DNA of 64,000 bases from Callorhinchus milii (taxonomy: Eukaryota), in NCBI RefSeq assembly GCF_018977255.1, contig NW_024704743.1, positions 24,988,001-25,052,000 on the forward strand, given 5' to 3'. The translations under genes and the position numbers were made by a program. Below, one piece after another: positions 61,161 to 64,000 of the stretch (the first letter of the stretch is position 1; each line of letters starts with the position of its first letter). The notes below the pieces were generated by a model, which worked only from the letters and a program-made list of their open reading frames with translations, made no database searches and was not told where the DNA came from.

Positions 61161-62539
61161 TAAATGATGATGCATCCTGGAAAAGGCAGAGACCCGAGGG
61201 AATAAGCTGGAGGAGATGCAGTGTCTGGAATGAAGCGTTCCTCCAGCTTCTCTTCAATTTGTGTTTCGCCCACGAAATACACAGTCAGTTCACTTTACAG
61301 TAAATTCTGTGAAGTGCTTTGAGACGTCTTGGAGACGTAATAAGGCCCTATATCAAATGGAAAGATTATTATTATCATCACAAGATTGTGTGGTTGATCC
61401 TTATGTTATGATGCACGTTGGTTGACATTTAACAGATTACCTACACATATATTTTGTTTGCTTTCTGAATGCTATAGTATTGCTATGGTTGTATAATAAT
61501 AATAATCCTGGCATTTGGTATAGTGTCTTGTCACGTCATTGATACGTCTCAAATCGCTTCACAGAATATATTGTAATGTGGTTTGACTGTATTTTGAGGG
61601 TGAAATAATTTCTGAATGGTGAGCATTTAATTTGGGTGCCTGCCTTCTGATTTCTATGGGTGGTGGATTTTGCTGCCTTGTGCATTGTGGGGGAGAGAGA
61701 GTGCAGACTCTTTAAAATTAAGACCGACACTGCATCTGCTGTCTTCATAGAGACTTTGTATTTATAAGGTGAACAAGTTCTTAGCACAATATGCTTCCAT
61801 GTCTCATTTTCTAAAACTATTTACGTTCTAACATTTCTATTTCAGGTTTCTGTGACATAGAACTAAAAACAATTTTTTAAGAAGGGACACATGACAAAAA
61901 TCCAGGGTTTAGATAACTAGTTTTTTTTGTCTCTGGAGTATTGAGCTTATACAAGGTCATATAATGAAAGAGGGGAGGGGGTTACCATACTGCCCTCAGA
62001 CAGTTTTCAATCTGTCTGTTTTTATTATTAATGGTCAAATCTAATGTGCTGATTCTACAAACATGGCCATCCTTGCAATCATTTGGTTGCAGCTATGTAA
62101 GATTTCTTTTAGAAAATAATCAGCATGAATGATTACATATGTAATCAATAAGATTAATTAATTGTTTGATGATATCTGACTGGTACTAATATTTCTGTAC
62201 TTTTTTAAACAAATGTGTTGATTATAATGCTTTTCCTGCACTAGTTACTTTGTATCTAAGAATTGCATATTCATTTAGCCACTAAAAGGCTTTATAATTG
62301 ATCTTCATTTGATTTGTTTAAAGTGTCTCAGCGAGGATTATAACTGGAATGCAGCCTTGTGGGACTGGAAAATTAGGCCACAGGCTTGCATTGTTCTGAT
62401 TAAATAATAATCCTTGCATTTGATTGGTATATTGTCAAAGCATCTTGAAGTGCTTTGTGAGGAATTACTGTCAAATGTACTGACTGTATCTGTAGGCAAA
62501 TACCATAGCCAGTTTGCTCACAGCAAAATGCCACAACAA

Positions 62540-63200
62540 ATTGCTTTTATATTATGCCTTTCACGTCAGGAGGATGTCCCAAGTAGCTGGACAGTGAATG
62601 GTTTGTACCTTGTGGTGGGGGAATTAAGAGGGGTGGAAAGCAATAGCGGTGGGATGGGAAGATGACCGAAGACATGGTTGAAGAGTACGGTTCTTGAGAC
62701 GGGCCTTGAAGGCAGCAAGGGAGGGGCTCCAGGTGGGGTGTGTGGAGCAGGCGAGTGCCCACCAAACAAGCAGCAGGCAGGTTGGTGAAGGTTCAGTCAG
62801 GAGGAGCAAGACCGTGGAGAGCTTTGAAAGTGAGTTCAAGGATTTTAAACTTTATCTTCTGAGGTGTGGGGAGCCAATGAAGCTGGGTGAGGATGGGGGT
62901 GATAGGGTCACGGAGCCGGGTGTGGGGAGGCCACGCGCTGCAGAGTTCTGGGTAACCTGCAGCTTGTGGAGGGAAGAGTCGGGACGTCTGGCGAGCAGGG
63001 AGTTAGCATAATCAAGTCGGGGGGGGGTGGGGGAGAGATAGCGGCAGAAGGGTTCATAGTACGGATGTGGCTTTAAAAGACAATTGAGGGTTGAGCAAGA
63101 TACCGGCTCGGTGAAGTGGAGTATGCATCTATGAATAGTGATGCTGTCAACACCTGAGGTGAGGCGGTGCTGACGGAAACCAAGCAGGAGGGCCTCAGTG
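62540..63200 (-). mobile_element. L2 LINE 3' fragment
   Basis: RLDYANSLLA, QNSAAR and FKARLK motifs; a second smaller fragment at ~63500-63775. Confidence 0.82.
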
Positions 63201-64000
63201 CCTCAGATGACAACTTGGAGGATTGTTGAGCCGGAATAGGAGAAAATAGGCGAATAAGTCCTGACCTATTTTAGAGAGGGTTTTTCACCTTCTCCAATGT
63301 TCTCTGTGTTGCAATGGAATTAAAATTTTCCTGGATGAAACCGAGCTGGTTCAACCCATTTGGTGATGCAACTGATTCCACTGAATTATGTAACTCGTTT
63401 TAACAAAAACAATGTCCTTGGATCAGGAGTGGTGTCTTCCCAGATTTTCACATATTCAATGCAACAAAACCACTGATTTCAAGTACACAGTGAATGTGAT
63501 ACAATACATATTTAATTTATTATAGCATCTTTCACAGTGGGAGGACATCTTAAAGCACTTGACGGTGATGACTAGGCACCCCAGCTGGGGATGGGTAGCA
63601 GAACGATGACTGCAAACATACTCAAACAGAAAAGCTTTGAGGCAGGCATTGAATGAAAGGGGGAGGGAGGGAGGGAGCAAGCTGGGAGGATTCTGGGATG
63701 TTGTTCCAGATAGTGGGGGCAGAATGGCAGAAAGCCTCCTCATTGATGGTAGAACAGGGGGGACACGAAGCTGAACTAGAAAAGCTTTTCACTTCTCTCG
63801 TGAAGGCACTAGCTCTTCCTGGCAAAAGCTTCCAAATGCTGATTGGCCACTGCTATCTTGATGAACGTCTGGATTGTTAAGTGTCTGGTAGGATGTTGAA
63901 TTCTAAAGGGCATCAAAGATGAGCTTCTGCCACATCGTCCACAGCTCACCCCACTGTCACTGAAACACTTTCATCACATCCCGCTTAGACGTTTCCTCGC

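Overview
Vertebrate genomic DNA, not prokaryotic. The repeat content (Deu-domain tRNA-SINEs, L2, CR1, Penelope and R4/Dong relics) points to a cartilaginous fish, probably a chimaera; the taxon is my inference. Four genes are recognisable from spliced exons: the first coding exon of SH3BP5 (- strand, 4-81), a complete METTL6 (- strand, 5 coding exons, 305 aa), EAF1 (+ strand, 6 coding exons) head-to-head with METTL6 at a compact CRE/ETS bidirectional promoter, and the first coding exon of MTURN (+ strand, 60260-60421). As assembled, EAF1 has a 22-nt deletion in exon 2, a 2-nt insertion in exon 3 and an N in exon 3, so it is either an assembly artefact or a recent loss of function. Other notable items: a ~2.3-kb 27-bp purine minisatellite with a GATA motif in nearly every unit next to the MTURN promoter; a SAP-domain (SARNP-like) exon relic upstream of SH3BP5; SINE and L2 3' stem-loops with compensatory changes; nested CR1/L2/SINE insertions; an 84-bp hAT MITE with a perfect 8-bp TSD; a ~290-bp fold-back; and a 76-bp direct duplication. 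I found no convincing wholly new multi-gene system. Most long ORFs in the track come from simple repeats or LINE fragments. All homology calls are from recall, not database searches.
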